Source: Podarcis erhardii
Taxonomy: Eukaryota
Reading direction: 5' to 3' (one strand)
Assembly (NCBI GenBank): GCA_964252035.1
Contig: OZ176211.1
Length of the DNA: 64,000 nt
Shown: piece after piece, positions 25,277 through 37,560 of the stretch
Numbering within the stretch: position 1 is the first letter of the stretch
Layout: every line of letters starts with the position of its first letter
The notes under the pieces: generated by a model
Database searches by the model: none
The model's input: only the letters and a program-made list of their open reading frames with translations
Told to the model about the DNA's origin: nothing
Made by a program: the position numbers and the translations under genes

Positions 25277-25645
25277 CAGTGGTACCTTGGGTTACATTAG
25301 AAACACATTGCAGAACGTCAGTGATAACAACATAATGTTCTTCTTATTTGTATTGTGGCTGTTTGTATTTTCCTATTAATGGTGTAATGTATTTATGTTT
25401 ATACAGTGGTACCTCGGGTTACATACGCTTCAGGTTACAAACGCTTCAGGTTACAGACTCCGCTAACCCAGAAATAGTACCTCGGGTTAAGAACTTTGCT
25501 TCAGGATGAGAACAGAAATCAGGCTGCGGCAGTGCGGCGGCAGCAGGAGGCCCCATTAGCTAAAGTGGTGCTTCAACTTAAGAACAGTTTCAGGTTAAGA
25601 ATGGACCTCCGGAACGAATTAAGTACTTAACCCGAGGTACCACTG
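25277..25645 (+). mobile_element. Composite Tc1/pogo-type MITE: left TIR remnant + 110-nt captured flank + MITE body (25404-25645)
   Basis: Outer ends cagtggtacc / ggtaccactg with TA on both sides; 25294-25521 is nearly identical to 43556-43783. Confidence 0.9.
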
Positions 25646-27507
25646 TACATGTGACATTCCATGCATGACTTTGCTGTGGATTCTGGGAAAGCTACAGTTT
25701 TGGGGAGACATACTTGCAGGTTTGCTTTAATGATAGCTGTGCAGTGCCGGCAAGTTCTCTGAAACCCCATCCACACAAAATAGGATATATAGTTATGCCT
25801 TAATCTTATGAGCTCCTGGGCCGAGACAGCAGCTGTTAGGATTCAATGCTGGAGGGCAGCATGTTGTCGAAAGGACACAACTGGTGCCCTCTTGCCGACA
25901 CTGAAATCCACGCCATCACCGGTACAGAGCAAATGTTTGCATTCCAAATGTAAGTTACAGTGAGGGCAGGAATGGGGGTGGGGGGAGCGGAGCAGCTTAT
26001 ATATCTACCCAGCTTTCCTGGAGCAGGATCTGAATTTAGCTGCAGAGGTGCATGACTTGTTTGTATCGCTGTAGCAGAAGTCGAGGTATAGAATATGGTT
26101 GTCTGTGGTAGAAACAAATGGAAAAATCAGTGGCTCTCGATAGGCAGTTAGTTTGTCTTCCCTCCAAATTGCATTGTATCTCGCACAAGGAAGAAAGAGT
26201 TTACACCTCTTTTCAATAAGCATGCATGCATGCATAAATTAGTTTGTGGGTGATAAAGAGAGGGACTGTTTTCCCCTTGGGGGGGGGGAAAGTCCAGATA
26301 TATAGGCTTTTAAAGAGCTGCTGCCTTCCATACTGTGTGAATTTAGCCTCAACTTGTGCACATCTGGTTATCAGTGGATCCAAGTCCACTCAGCATTTGA
26401 GAAAAGGGTGGAGGTTGACTAGGTTGCCATTTGAAATGTTAAACCGGAATCTAGCAGAGCTTTCCTTCACAACAACAACAAACCAACCCTACCTTGATGC
26501 ATCTGTTTTTATTGCTTAATATTCTAATGTGTGTACAAGCAATGTTCGATGGGAAGCTTTTCTGAGTTTAATTTTCCCTGGAGTAGTAAATTCAATGTGG
26601 AATGAAATCGCCCATATAGAGTTCATAACCATGACTCTAATAAACGGAGTGTTCTTTAGATATGAAAAATGAGAACTTCAAAAAAAATAACAAATAACTC
26701 AAAGTACATTTGAGAATTTAACACGAATCAGTCTGATGGAAAAAGGGAGGGCAGGGGAGGGGGAGTCTCTTGACTCCAGCTGTTACCAACAGTCTTGGCA
26801 CGGGGGGGGGGGGAGTCTCTAATCCAACTGTTGCAGAGTGGAAAAGTCTGAGTTAGAGGCTTGAAGCCATCCCACAACAGATGAAATTCCCAACTTCCCC
26901 TTATTATGTCAACTGTCTCAAAGGTACCCATCCTTCTATAACCCAATGGTGACTTGTTTTCCTCTCTTGCCTTTTTGCCCTCCTCTGGCAATCCTTTTGG
27001 ATTTTATCCACACAAATGCTTAGAGCTGCTTTGCACATTGCAGATCTCAGTGGTATACCCAATGCTAAAAACAAATATGATTCATTCATTCATCAATATA
27101 CAACATAATGCCAAAGTAGGATCCTAAGTGGTTTAGAAAGTATAAAAACCAGTTATGCAAAAAAAAGGCTGTGCTCCAGGCAAGAAAACATCAAATGTTT
27201 CTACACACAAATGCACACACCTCTCTCCATCAAGAAGCACGTTGCTCAGGTAGGCATCAGCACTTAGTGATGCTGCAAAGTAGGACTCATGGGGGCTGTA
27301 GACTGGAGATGGTGAGGCCTAGGGAGAGTATCAAACGCCAGTTAGACAGCCCTGGAGGGCCACACTGAGCCTACAGAACATATGTGGTATGTGATTGGGA
27401 GAAAAAAATGTTTTAAACATATATATTCCACAGGTGGTCTCAACAGGAAGGACAGATCATCTTCAGCTCCTTGACAAGTGTAGATTGACAGCAAATTGAT
27501 CTCCCTG

Positions 27508-27508
<1 letters not shown>

Positions 27509-27549
<41 letters not shown>
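27509..27549. repeat. (TTAC)n microsatellite
   Basis: Direct reading. Confidence 0.95.
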
Positions 27550-28060
27550 CAATGCAACTGAAATGATCTGAAGGTGGGGACAGCTTACCAATCTAAAGAG
27601 GATTAGTGACAACTTTTTTATTTTTTTAGAAATATTGAGCCTTATATAATTTATTGGAATGAAAGAAATGAACGGCACAGTAAATTCTTATATGCTCTGG
27701 AGTGTAATATGATGTTATTATAATAGAAATATTGTATAACAACAGTAAGATATATATGCAAACAATTATGTAGGAACAAATAATGAACATGCAGATATAA
27801 AAATGTGTATGGAGGTTTAAATATAGCATGCATTCACATATAACATAAATAGCTTTGCGAGAAATATATATATGTATGTATATGATAATGTGTTTGTATA
27901 TATGAAAATATTTCTAAAAGCTCATGTTTGTTTTACTTGAATGTGAGGTGAAATAGGGGACGTTGACGATTTGATAAACAGGTTATATAACTGATTTAGA
28001 GACTGAATATTCAGAAATTTTCTGTTCATGTTTAACCATTTTGTTTATACATTCTTAGCT

Positions 28061-28063
<3 letters not shown>

Positions 28064-28102
<39 letters not shown>
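28064..28102. repeat. (TG)n microsatellite
   Basis: Direct reading. Confidence 0.95.
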
Positions 28103-28105
<3 letters not shown>

Positions 28106-29413
28106 TCTGTCTGTCTGTGTATATACAAACACACAATGGAACATATACATATATTCCATCAAATCCCAACAATCCCTGTACCACTTTCCCAGCCAGTTAT
28201 TCTGCTCCTGTTCATTGCTCCTTTGGCTTTGGCACTTTTTTAAAAAAGAGTTCTTCTTGCTGGCCTTGTGATCCAGCCAATCATGGATCGTGTAGCTACT
28301 GGGGAGGGTGGAGTAAAGCAAGTGCACCAGCAGGAGCATTGGATTGGCTCCACTGGTGTGTTTATACCATGCCTGTTTCCTTACGACTTCTCCCTTCCCC
28401 TTTCCAGGAAGCTGCAGTGACTCATCTGCCCAGGAGTCAGGTTAGCACCTTCATCCATCACACTATCAACTGCTGAACATAAGCCCTCAAATGCAAGAGA
28501 GTCACTTCCCACATAGAGCTGCCAGTCCTCAAGGTTCCCCTCCTCATTCATTATACTTGAGTGCAGAAATAGCAGGAGCAAAACAGGCCTCTGTTCTTGA
28601 CTTAATCTGCAGCCAATTACATAAATGGAGCAGCGGCGTCAGCAGGCCACATTGTAACTGTTGGATACATTATATTCCAAAATAAAACCGAAGCCTGTGT
28701 TTGCTTTCTGTGCAATATATGTGTGTGTGTGTGTTCAGGGTATGAGCGGAAATTCTTTCCAAGCCCTCCTCAATATAGATGTCTTTCTGTGACTGATAAT
28801 ATTTATGGAGGGAAAACAGAGGAAGGGAGGCAAGGAGGAATTCCTCTAGGGAAGCCAGATTCACATACCTTAGTCTTTGCTCTTTGGGTTAACAGTACTT
28901 TGTGCACTGAACTCATTTCCACAGATTAGCCTCTTAGCCGTATCAATTGTTTTCAGCAGGTCTACTCTGAGTAGGACTAACATTGGCTGCAACCCAAGCG
29001 TGTGTAAGTGTGAGAGACAGCAACAGACTGGCAAACCTGCAACTGGAGCCTGGGAGACATTCACAGAGGCCCATTTTCTTCTCTGTGGTGACCCAACTAC
29101 TATGGCCTTGGTGGCTCCCTTAGAAATCTAATGGGGGAGTAGACTCTCTAAGAGGATTGATGCTATGAGCCTTCCAGCATATGCTTAAACTATATATGTC
29201 ACATTGTATCACAGAAACCTTGTATCATAGACACATCACCAGTCTCCAGAAGATTTTATTCCAACAAAACCAAACACACACTATGTGCTAGAACCCCTGG
29301 AACCTTTCACCACAGAGATTGGTGTGTGTGTGGAGCATTATGCTCTGAATCCAGATTGGGATCTGCACCAGTTTCAAAAAAACAAGACAAAAAACACAAC
29401 CCCAACCCCACTA

Positions 29414-29761
29414 GGTAAAGGTAAGGTAAATGACCCCTGGACGGTTAAGTCCAGTCAAGGGCGACTATGGCGTTGCAGCGCTCATCTCGCTTTCAGGCTG
29501 AGGGAGCCAGTGTTTGTCCACAGACAGCTTTCTGGGTCATGTGGCCAGCATGACTAAACCGCTTCTGGTGCAATGGAACACCATGACGGAAATCAGAGTG
29601 CATGGAAACGTCGTTTACCTTCCCGCCGCAGCAGTACCTATTTATCTACTTGCACCGTTGTGCTTTCAAACTGCTAGGATGGCAGAAGCTGGGACTGAGC
29701 AACGGGAGCTCACCCCATCACAGGGATTTGAACTGCCAACCTTCCAATCAGCAAGCCCAAG
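29414..29761 (-). mobile_element. Sauria SINE (Squam1)
   Basis: ggtaaaggtaagg tail, cagtacctatttatctac core, gagctcacccc; reverse complement of the 24541 family. Confidence 0.9.
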
Positions 29762-30118
29762 CTTTCTGCTGTTTCCAGTAGACAAATAGCATCCAGAAAA
29801 GGCATTTCTAGCAGGAAGCTGGTGCCTCTTAAGATGAATAATGATTCTGAAGATCAAGAAGCAGGAAACTGGCAAAATTGAAAAGCAAGCACTATATTAT
29901 ATATCCAAACAGGCTTGTTTAAATGGAAGAAGTTTAAGCAGGCATCTAAAATAGTATGAAAGATTGCCTGCCTAACATCAGTAGGCAAGGAGCTCCAAAG
30001 CATGGGTGCTGCCACACTGAAAGATCAATGGACTCTTCCTTTCCTTCTCCATCTGTGACCCTGATTGCTTCCCTGGCTGGAATTAGTGATAGCATATAAA
30101 CAACTGGCCTCCTGAATA

Positions 30119-30345
30119 CAAACATAAGAAGAGCCTGCTGGACCAGGCCCTTGGCCCATCTAATCCAGCATCATTTTCTCACAGTGGCCGACCAGATGCC
30201 TGTGGGAAACTCACAAGCAGGACCTGAGCACATGAGCCCTTTCTCCTTCTGTGGTTTCCAGCAACCAGCATTCAAAAGCACTGGTTCTGTGAAGGCAGAG
30301 CATAGTCATGATGGTTAATAGCCATTGGCTATTGGCCATTAGCTA
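30119..30345 (-). mobile_element. CR1-family 3' end
   Basis: aacataagaagagcctgctggaccaggcc...ggcccatctaatccagcatc...cacagtggccgaccagatgcc. Confidence 0.75.
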
Positions 30346-30464
30346 TTAGTCTAAGCTCTATAGGTGCAACCTTTTTCTGTTGATGTCAATGGGGGGAAAC
30401 CCATTACAATGGAATTGGATTGCACCCTTAATGTTTTACTTTGTTTTACTCAATGGTTTAAATG

Positions 30465-30695
30465 CAGGGGTCAGCAAACTTTTTCAGCAGAGGGCCGGTC
30501 TACTGTCCCTCAGACCTTGTGGTGGGCCAGACTATTTTTTTGGGGGGGAGAACAAATTCCTATGCCCCACAAATAACCCAGAGATGCATTTTAAATAAAA
30601 GGACACATTCTACTCATGTAAAAACATGCTGATTCCCGGATTTAGAAGGTGATTGGGCTGGATCTGGCCCCTGGTCCTTAGTTTGCCTGTCCATG
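30465..30695. mobile_element. hAT-type non-autonomous element
   Basis: Ends caggggtcagcaaac / gtttgcctgtccatg; approximate TSD gtttaaat / gtttaaag. Confidence 0.7.
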
Positions 30696-31279
30696 GTTTA
30701 AAGCCTTCATTCCACAAACCACAGAGAAGATTGAATCTCTGAGTCAAGAGGTTGTTGTTTTGAAAAATCATGTCTTATTGAATAAGTGGTTTTCTTCACA
30801 AATTAGTTTGAATTGGCAGGAGGGAAATTATATACCTACCAAGTGATAAAAAGTTTGCTGTCCATTTTGACTTTGGCTATCCTTTTGCTTCATCACCCTG
30901 ATTGTAAATCTGTAAAATTGTGTAATAGCAATTAAGAAAAGCGGAAAAAAGCAAATTGAGATACCAGACCCCAGAAAAGAATGCTTTTGGCAGAGACCCC
31001 AGATATTGTGTGTGTGCGTCAGTCAGTCTCTGGTGATTTAATTGTAACCATTCCAGGAAGTTTAAGGAAAGGTTTTTCATTGACATCACGCAACAGCAGT
31101 GGAAAAGCTGCACTATGGGGAAGCTCTAGAGCCTTTGGTGAATATTCACTGTGTTAATGAATTCTCCAGAGTGCTTATTCCACTTCATTCAATGCTGGTT
31201 TCTCAAGGCGAATGGTTCTTAGTGTCTCTGTACTTCTAAATGCCTGCTCTCTCACTACCCCTAAGATTATAGATTCAGA

Positions 31280-31445
31280 TAGGTAGCCATGTTGGACTGA
31301 TGCAGTCAGACCAACACCTTATAGACTAACTAAGTTTGTTCTGGTATAAGCTGTGTATCTGAAGAAGTGTGCATGCACATGATAGATTATACCAGAACAA
31401 ACTTACTTGGTCTATAAGGTGCTACTAGACAATTTTTTATTTTAC
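31280..31445. mobile_element. Penelope-like element remnant with inverted terminal repeats
   Basis: gtagccatgttgg...accttatagactaactaagtttgttctggtataag; 34-bp inverted repeat 31316-31349 / 31387-31420 (32/34). Family assignment is from recalled similarity to squamate Penelope ends. Confidence 0.7.
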
Positions 31446-32318
31446 CCCCAACATTGTTTTATTATTATTAACTACAATATTATCCCACTCTTCCTCTCAG
31501 AGGTGCCCAGGGTAGCAAACGCAAAAGTGATCAAACAATTAAAACATCTAAAAACAATTTTGATATAGATGTAGGCTAGGAAAGAGCTTGACTTAAGAGG
31601 CTTGTTGGAAAAAGAAGTTCTTCAGCAGCTGCTGGAAACACAACTGCACCTCTTCTTTAGCTTTTAAAGTTATTTGCTTATATGTTCCCCCATTCAGTTT
31701 GTAGGGTACAGTGTGGGGCCTATTTATGGATTGCTATTAGATTTCTTGCCCACCCTTTACTGTAAGGTCCCATGTCAGGTTACAGCAATAAAATATATAA
31801 TTGTAAAACAAATAAACAGCTGCAATCCTAAAACAAGAAAAGTGTAAAACCATTTTTTAAAAAATCATATATGAAAGCAGTTTAAAACAACGTCATTGCA
31901 AATGCAGCCTGGGATAAAGATATCCACTTAAAAGTGTTGTCGAAAGAAGGTCTTTAGTAGGTGCCAAACAGAGAGCAGAGGTGGTGGCTGTCTAATATGT
32001 AATGGGCGGCTTGAATGGGGAAGCTGTGGACCATTTGGCCCTTGGTATCATGCAACTGCAGCCTCACTCTTGCTCTATGGTCTACTAGTCTGGGAGTCAC
32101 TTCCACTTCCTGTCTGCATGTGTGACAGAGAGATGGAGAGGAGAGAAAGAGCTTTGTCATCTTGCAGTGCTGTAAACCCCGCCCACTTTTGACTCCACCC
32201 ACCTGATTTGCCTTTCCTATTGGTCAGCAGTTCTTCATGGCAAAAAAGCTTTCCCATGCCTGGTTTAGGGTAAGGAACAATGGTACCATTCACACCATAG
32301 ATGATGATGATTATTATC

Positions 32319-32319
<1 letters not shown>

Positions 32320-32353
<34 letters not shown>

Positions 32354-32692
32354 CCTGCCCATCTGACTGGGTTTCCCCAGCCACTCTGGATGGCTTCCAA
32401 CAGAATATTAAAATACAATATTATTAAATATTAAAGCTTCCCTAAACAGGGCTGCCTTCAGATGTCTTCTAAAAGTCTGGTAGTTGTTTTTCTCTTTGAC
32501 ATCTGGTGGGAGGGCATTCCACAGGTCGGGTGCCACTACCGAGAAGGCCCTCTGCCTGGTTCCCTGTAACTTGCCTTCTCGTAGCGAGGGAACCACAAGA
32601 ATGCCCTCAGCACTGGATCTCAGTGTCCAGGCAGAACGATGGGGGTGGAGATGTTCCTTCAGGTATACTGGACCAAGGCTGTTTAGATTGAA
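32320..32692 (-). mobile_element. L2-clade LINE 3' end with (TAA)n tail
   Basis: Minus-strand translation LGPVYLKEHLHPHRSAWTLRSS...RQRAFSVVAPDLWNALP...FRRHLKAALF. Confidence 0.88.
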
Positions 32693-35600
32693 AGCACATG
32701 GCTCCCCCTCCCCCACCCCCACCCCCAAAGAATCCTGGAAACTGTAGCTCAGCCCTCACAGAGTTACAATTGCCAGCACCCTTCCCCCCCTTCTTTTGGG
32801 AGAGTCACGTGCTTTAAATATCCGGTGTGGGTGTGAGTAATGTTTCAATGACAACATGTTCTAAAACCTTTATCTCTGGCTGTGGGCTATTAAAAACAAA
32901 AAACAGCCAGCTAATTTTCTTAATTCACTGTTTCTTGTTTTTGCAATTGAACATTTCATTTGTTTTACAGATTTCCATCCCACCTTATACAATATTTCAA
33001 GGAAGCTGACATTAAAGATGTACAAGCCATTGATAGAAGACAATGAAATATAACATGACCGCGATGAATACAGAAAAGCAGCAATTAAGGCGGCATTAAA
33101 ATGACATTGAAAAGTTGAAAGCAGCAGGCAGCTACATTGTGGTAAAAGCAGTAGGCAGACGAAGCAAGACACAAATCCTGAACAAAAGGCCAGGAGAACT
33201 TAAAAAAAACACACCCACGTTTTCGCCTGGTACCTAAAACACAGAAGTGTAGGTGATTGGTGCAAAATCATGGGCTGGGGATTCAACATGGAACCTGACC
33301 AGGTGACCTCAGAAGGACAGTAGGTCCAGCATGGCAAAGATGGTCCATGATATTATGCCTTGCTGTGACTCATATCTCAAATGAATTCCCTCATAAATTG
33401 AAACAGGAGTGGCGACCCTCAGACTTGGTGGGGTCAGATGAGGCCCTCCAGTACTTTCTATCTGGCCCTCAGAACATTATTCTGATGCCTGGTTCCCATA
33501 CCGTGATCAGACATCTCCCATAAGAGATAGTGGCAGCATGAAAACTCTTCAGGGAAGGAGCCAGAATGATGGGGTGTCTGGTGCAACACATTATGACTGC
33601 AACAGAGATAGATAATTGCTCACAGCTGTCTCTGCATAATGTCCTTAACCTGTGCTACAGGTCCTACTTGTCCACCCGTGGAATGAAGTGCCGTCTTCCA
33701 CTTTGTACACTGCAGTGAAAGCACAAAACAGGATTTGGGCTGAACATCTGGAAACACTTCCTGATGGCAAGAAGCGTTGGGCATTGAAACCAGTTACATA
33801 GGGTAGTGGAAGGTTCTGCTACCACTCCTACCTCCTAGGCAGCCATCCGTTGGGATGCTTTAGGTCTGAATTACCTTCATCAAGCAAGTATTTTTATTAT
33901 CTACAAGGCCCTCTCCAACTGCATGGTTCCGTAGGAAGCACAAATCACTTCACTTCCTCTTCCTCTTTCACAGCTTCCTGCATTATATATATACACACAC
34001 ACACACGACTGCTCATTAATTGTTTCACCCTTCTTCAGAATTTATCAGCTGGCCTGATTTGTTTTTACAGGGGCGAATGTACCTCATAGCTCCAATGCAG
34101 AAGAAGGCAGAGTGTTTTATAGCTCTCACCTCTGGCAAATTCAAACCATAATGCCTCGCTCTCCCCAAACACATATTTTACAATCAGAGGTTAACAACTT
34201 TGCCAGATATACAATGGCTGGACTGTGGGTGCGTTGCTGGCTTTCATAAAGCTGTCAGCTGGGGAAACTGTAAGCATGAGTGTACATATTCATCAAGCCA
34301 TTCCCTACCAAAGCTTTTTCTAAAGATGTGTTCTTAAAGCTAAACCATACAGCACAAAATCCAAAAACAACAAGGAAACATTTGTAGAAGGAAAGGCACT
34401 TAAGTTGCATCAGCCGGAGGGGAAACATAATTTACATAACTGAAACAATTTTTCAAGCAAAGAAAAGCAGAAACTACCTTTTCAGGATTTAAAAAAAATA
34501 ATAATCAGAAAGGAGTTTGCCCAGTCAATGCTGCAAAACACTTGCAGCACAGTTCTATGGATGTCTAGTCCAAATGAAGCTCTACTACTTGGTCTGTACA
34601 GGATTGTAGTCTTAGACTTGCTTCTTTCTGATTCCCCACCCACCCAAAAAAGGAAGTGGTTTGTGTTACAAATTAGAATGATAGAGTGCATTTAAAAAAA
34701 CTTTTCAAATTTAGTTTTTAGCTTGTTGACCAAACATGTCATGATTTTCACTGGTGTCTCCACTTTTATATTTTTTATTTCCCTTTCTTTTGTGCTATAT
34801 TAATATTTTACTTTAGCCTTGAGGCCATTGTTAGACACAAAGGCACTCAAAGTAGCTTACAATGAAATCAAAATAAAATATCACTACATGTCACAGGTGA
34901 GGTGAATGTGTCATGCTTTGGAATTTTTCAATAAACTTTGTTAAAAACAAGTTTAAAAATGCACTAAAATGCTCCTTAATTTTCATGAGGACTTGGGGGG
35001 GGGCGTTGCAAACTGATCTGGAATTGTGGTGAACTGAGCTGAAGAGTGGAAAAATAGGAAGTGGAGGAAAACCAAAACTGAGAAAAACAGATTTGCCTTG
35101 GGGGTGGGTGCTTTCACACACACAACTATGCATGGATTCATACACACTGAGACACAAACTTTGCAGACCTTAAAGATAGTAATATTACTATCTGCTCATT
35201 ACAGTTGTTCTAATAGACTGAAAAAGCGAAAGGAACCACAAAAACACTTTGAAAAACTGTTCTGCTTATGTGTGCAATCAGCACATTACACTGTCACTTC
35301 CAACAGGAAATGTTGTCAGATTACAATTCCCAGGCTTTCAGCTTTCTCAGGGGCAAAAAAGAAAAAAAAAGAAAACACCAGAGGATAAATGGTGTGGCAA
35401 GGAAATTTTGGCCCATGTGCAGAGCACAATGGTCCTCCTGTCTCTCTCTGGTAGATTGATTTATTGGAAATTAGAGCGGGAAGAAAAAGACTAAATAAGT
35501 CAAGCCTGTCATTATTATGTCATATGTACTTGCGTTGTGCCGTATAGCCACAATCTGCTGTTTTGTAAACTGAGCTATCAAACACTTGTTATTTTAAAGC

Positions 35601-36595
35601 TGGAATTTGTCAGGCTCCCCTGACAAGCCAGCAGCTCCAGCTCCCAGTCTGATTCATGACTGGCTCTGAGACAGAGGAAGTTCGTGTCTGCTGTAATCTA
35701 AACACAGTGTAAATGGAACATAGAGGCAGCGCTGAAAGAAGCAAAGAGGCTAAACCCAATAAACTCAGAGTGCTGTGGGAGGGGGTTAAAACTGTATCAA
35801 GCTTCTGGGGCTGCCCAAAAGAACTTATACTTCAGAAATGCAAAATGCAAATATTTTAACAGTCCATTTCAAAAGTTCTGACCCAGTTTAAAACAAAGAG
35901 AAAGGCCATTTGCTCCAGAGCTGTCCCACTGGATTTGCAATTTTAGGATTGCGGCCTCAAGTTTGCAGAAGCAACTTCCCACATGTGCAGTTATGCTACA
36001 TCTGTATTTTCCATTCAAAGCATAAATGACCACAGTGCATCTTGGGAGGTTGGGCTTGGTTCCCCTCCGCACCAAAAAGGTGTGTGTAGGTCACACAGTT
36101 GAACATAAATGGAACGCACATTCATTCTAATTAGGAGGGAATCTGGACTCATTCTCTCAATGAATTAATGGGTTTTATTCATGCCCACAAAATGAGGAAG
36201 GAACAGAGCTCATGCATGCTTTTTGTATGCAAAAGCCAGCTGTCTCCGCATTAAAGATCTCAAGCAACAGCAGTGTTTTGAGCCTTAAAGAATTGCCACC
36301 AGTCTGCGTAGACAACTTCCTACACACAGCTTGGGTGCACACAGGGATGATTCAAGGTGCATAAACATCCATTCATACATATGCGAAGTGACAGCAACAC
36401 TTGCCACCCAGAAGCAGGTTGTGCAATGCTGCCTCACCTTCACTGTCCCACCAGCCTCTACTGCCTTTCTGTGCTCTCCAGATGTTTTGGACTGCAACTC
36501 CCATTTGTCCCCACCCCACAATCATTAGCTATGCTGGCAAGTTCTGATGGACACTGAAGTCCTAAACAACTGAAGAACACCAGTACGTTTCTGAG

Positions 36596-36980
36596 CACAA
36601 TTCAAAGTGTTGGTGCTGACCTTTAAAGCTCTAAACAGGTTCAGCCCAGTGTACCTGAAGGAGCGTGTCCACCCCCATCATTCTGCTTGGACACTGAGGT
36701 CCAGCTCCGAGGGCCTTCTGGCGGTTCCCTCACTGCGAGAAGTGAGGTTACAGGGAACCAGGCAGAGGGCCTTCTTGGTAGTGGTGCCCACCCTGTGGAA
36801 TGCTGTCCCATCAGATGTGAAGGAAATAAACAACTATCTGACTTTTAGAAGGCATCTGAAGGCAGCCCTGTTTAGGGAAGATTTAATAGTTGATCTTTTA
36901 CCATCTTTTAAATGTTCTGTTGGGAGCCGCCCAGAGTGGCTGGGGAAGCCCAGCCAGATGGGTGGGATATAAATAATAAA
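36596..36980 (+). mobile_element. L2-clade LINE 3' end
   Basis: VLTFKALNRFSPVYLKERVHPHHSAWTLRSS...RQRAFLVVVPTLWNAVP...FRRHLKAALF. Confidence 0.88.
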
Positions 36981-37477
36981 TTATGTTGTTGTTGTTGTTG
37001 TTGTTATACCAGTTTGGGAAAGACCATAGGAGCCATCTCTGAGGGGTGTTTGGCCACCCCAATAATGTATTTGAGGGGGCTGGGCATTGTTTTGCATTAT
37101 ATATATATAGAGAGAGAGAGAGAGAGCATATTTTGCATATATATTTTGCAAATATTGCATATTTGAGGGGGCTGGGCATTAATGGACATTGCTATTCAAA
37201 TATTGTGTGTGCACCATGTCATGTGATTGATTATGCAGGGTGGAGCTTACCTGGCCCCACCCTACCCCAGTATTTTATTCAAGTTGGCACCTATGGAGAA
37301 CTTGGAGAAGACTGTTAAAATGGCCATTGGTCATTGAGGTTCTTAGAATTACAGTACAAGAATTTGTTGTTTAATCCTGTTTTATGCAAGAAATTCAGAG
37401 GTAGAGATGACTTCCAAGACTTTCCTTGAAAATCTCCAGAAATGCAGAGCCCTCTAAGTAATTACTCCCAAGGTCAA

Positions 37478-37560
37478 ACTGTTCTTACCATCAACAAGTT
37501 TCTCTTGGCATTCAGCTGAAATCTGCCCTCCTGTAATTTAAACCTAGTGCCGGCCCACCT
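37478..37560 (-). mobile_element. CR1 ORF2 C-terminal fragment
   Basis: Minus-strand translation RFKLQEGRFQLNAKRNLLMVRTV resembles the CR1 motif FKLQEGRFRLNIRKNFLTVRAV. Confidence 0.65.

Noticed and set aside
27620-28020. Possible L1/Tx1 3' end on the minus strand (poly-T start, AT-rich body)
   Set aside because: No convincing ORF2 motif could be read, so it was left unannotated.
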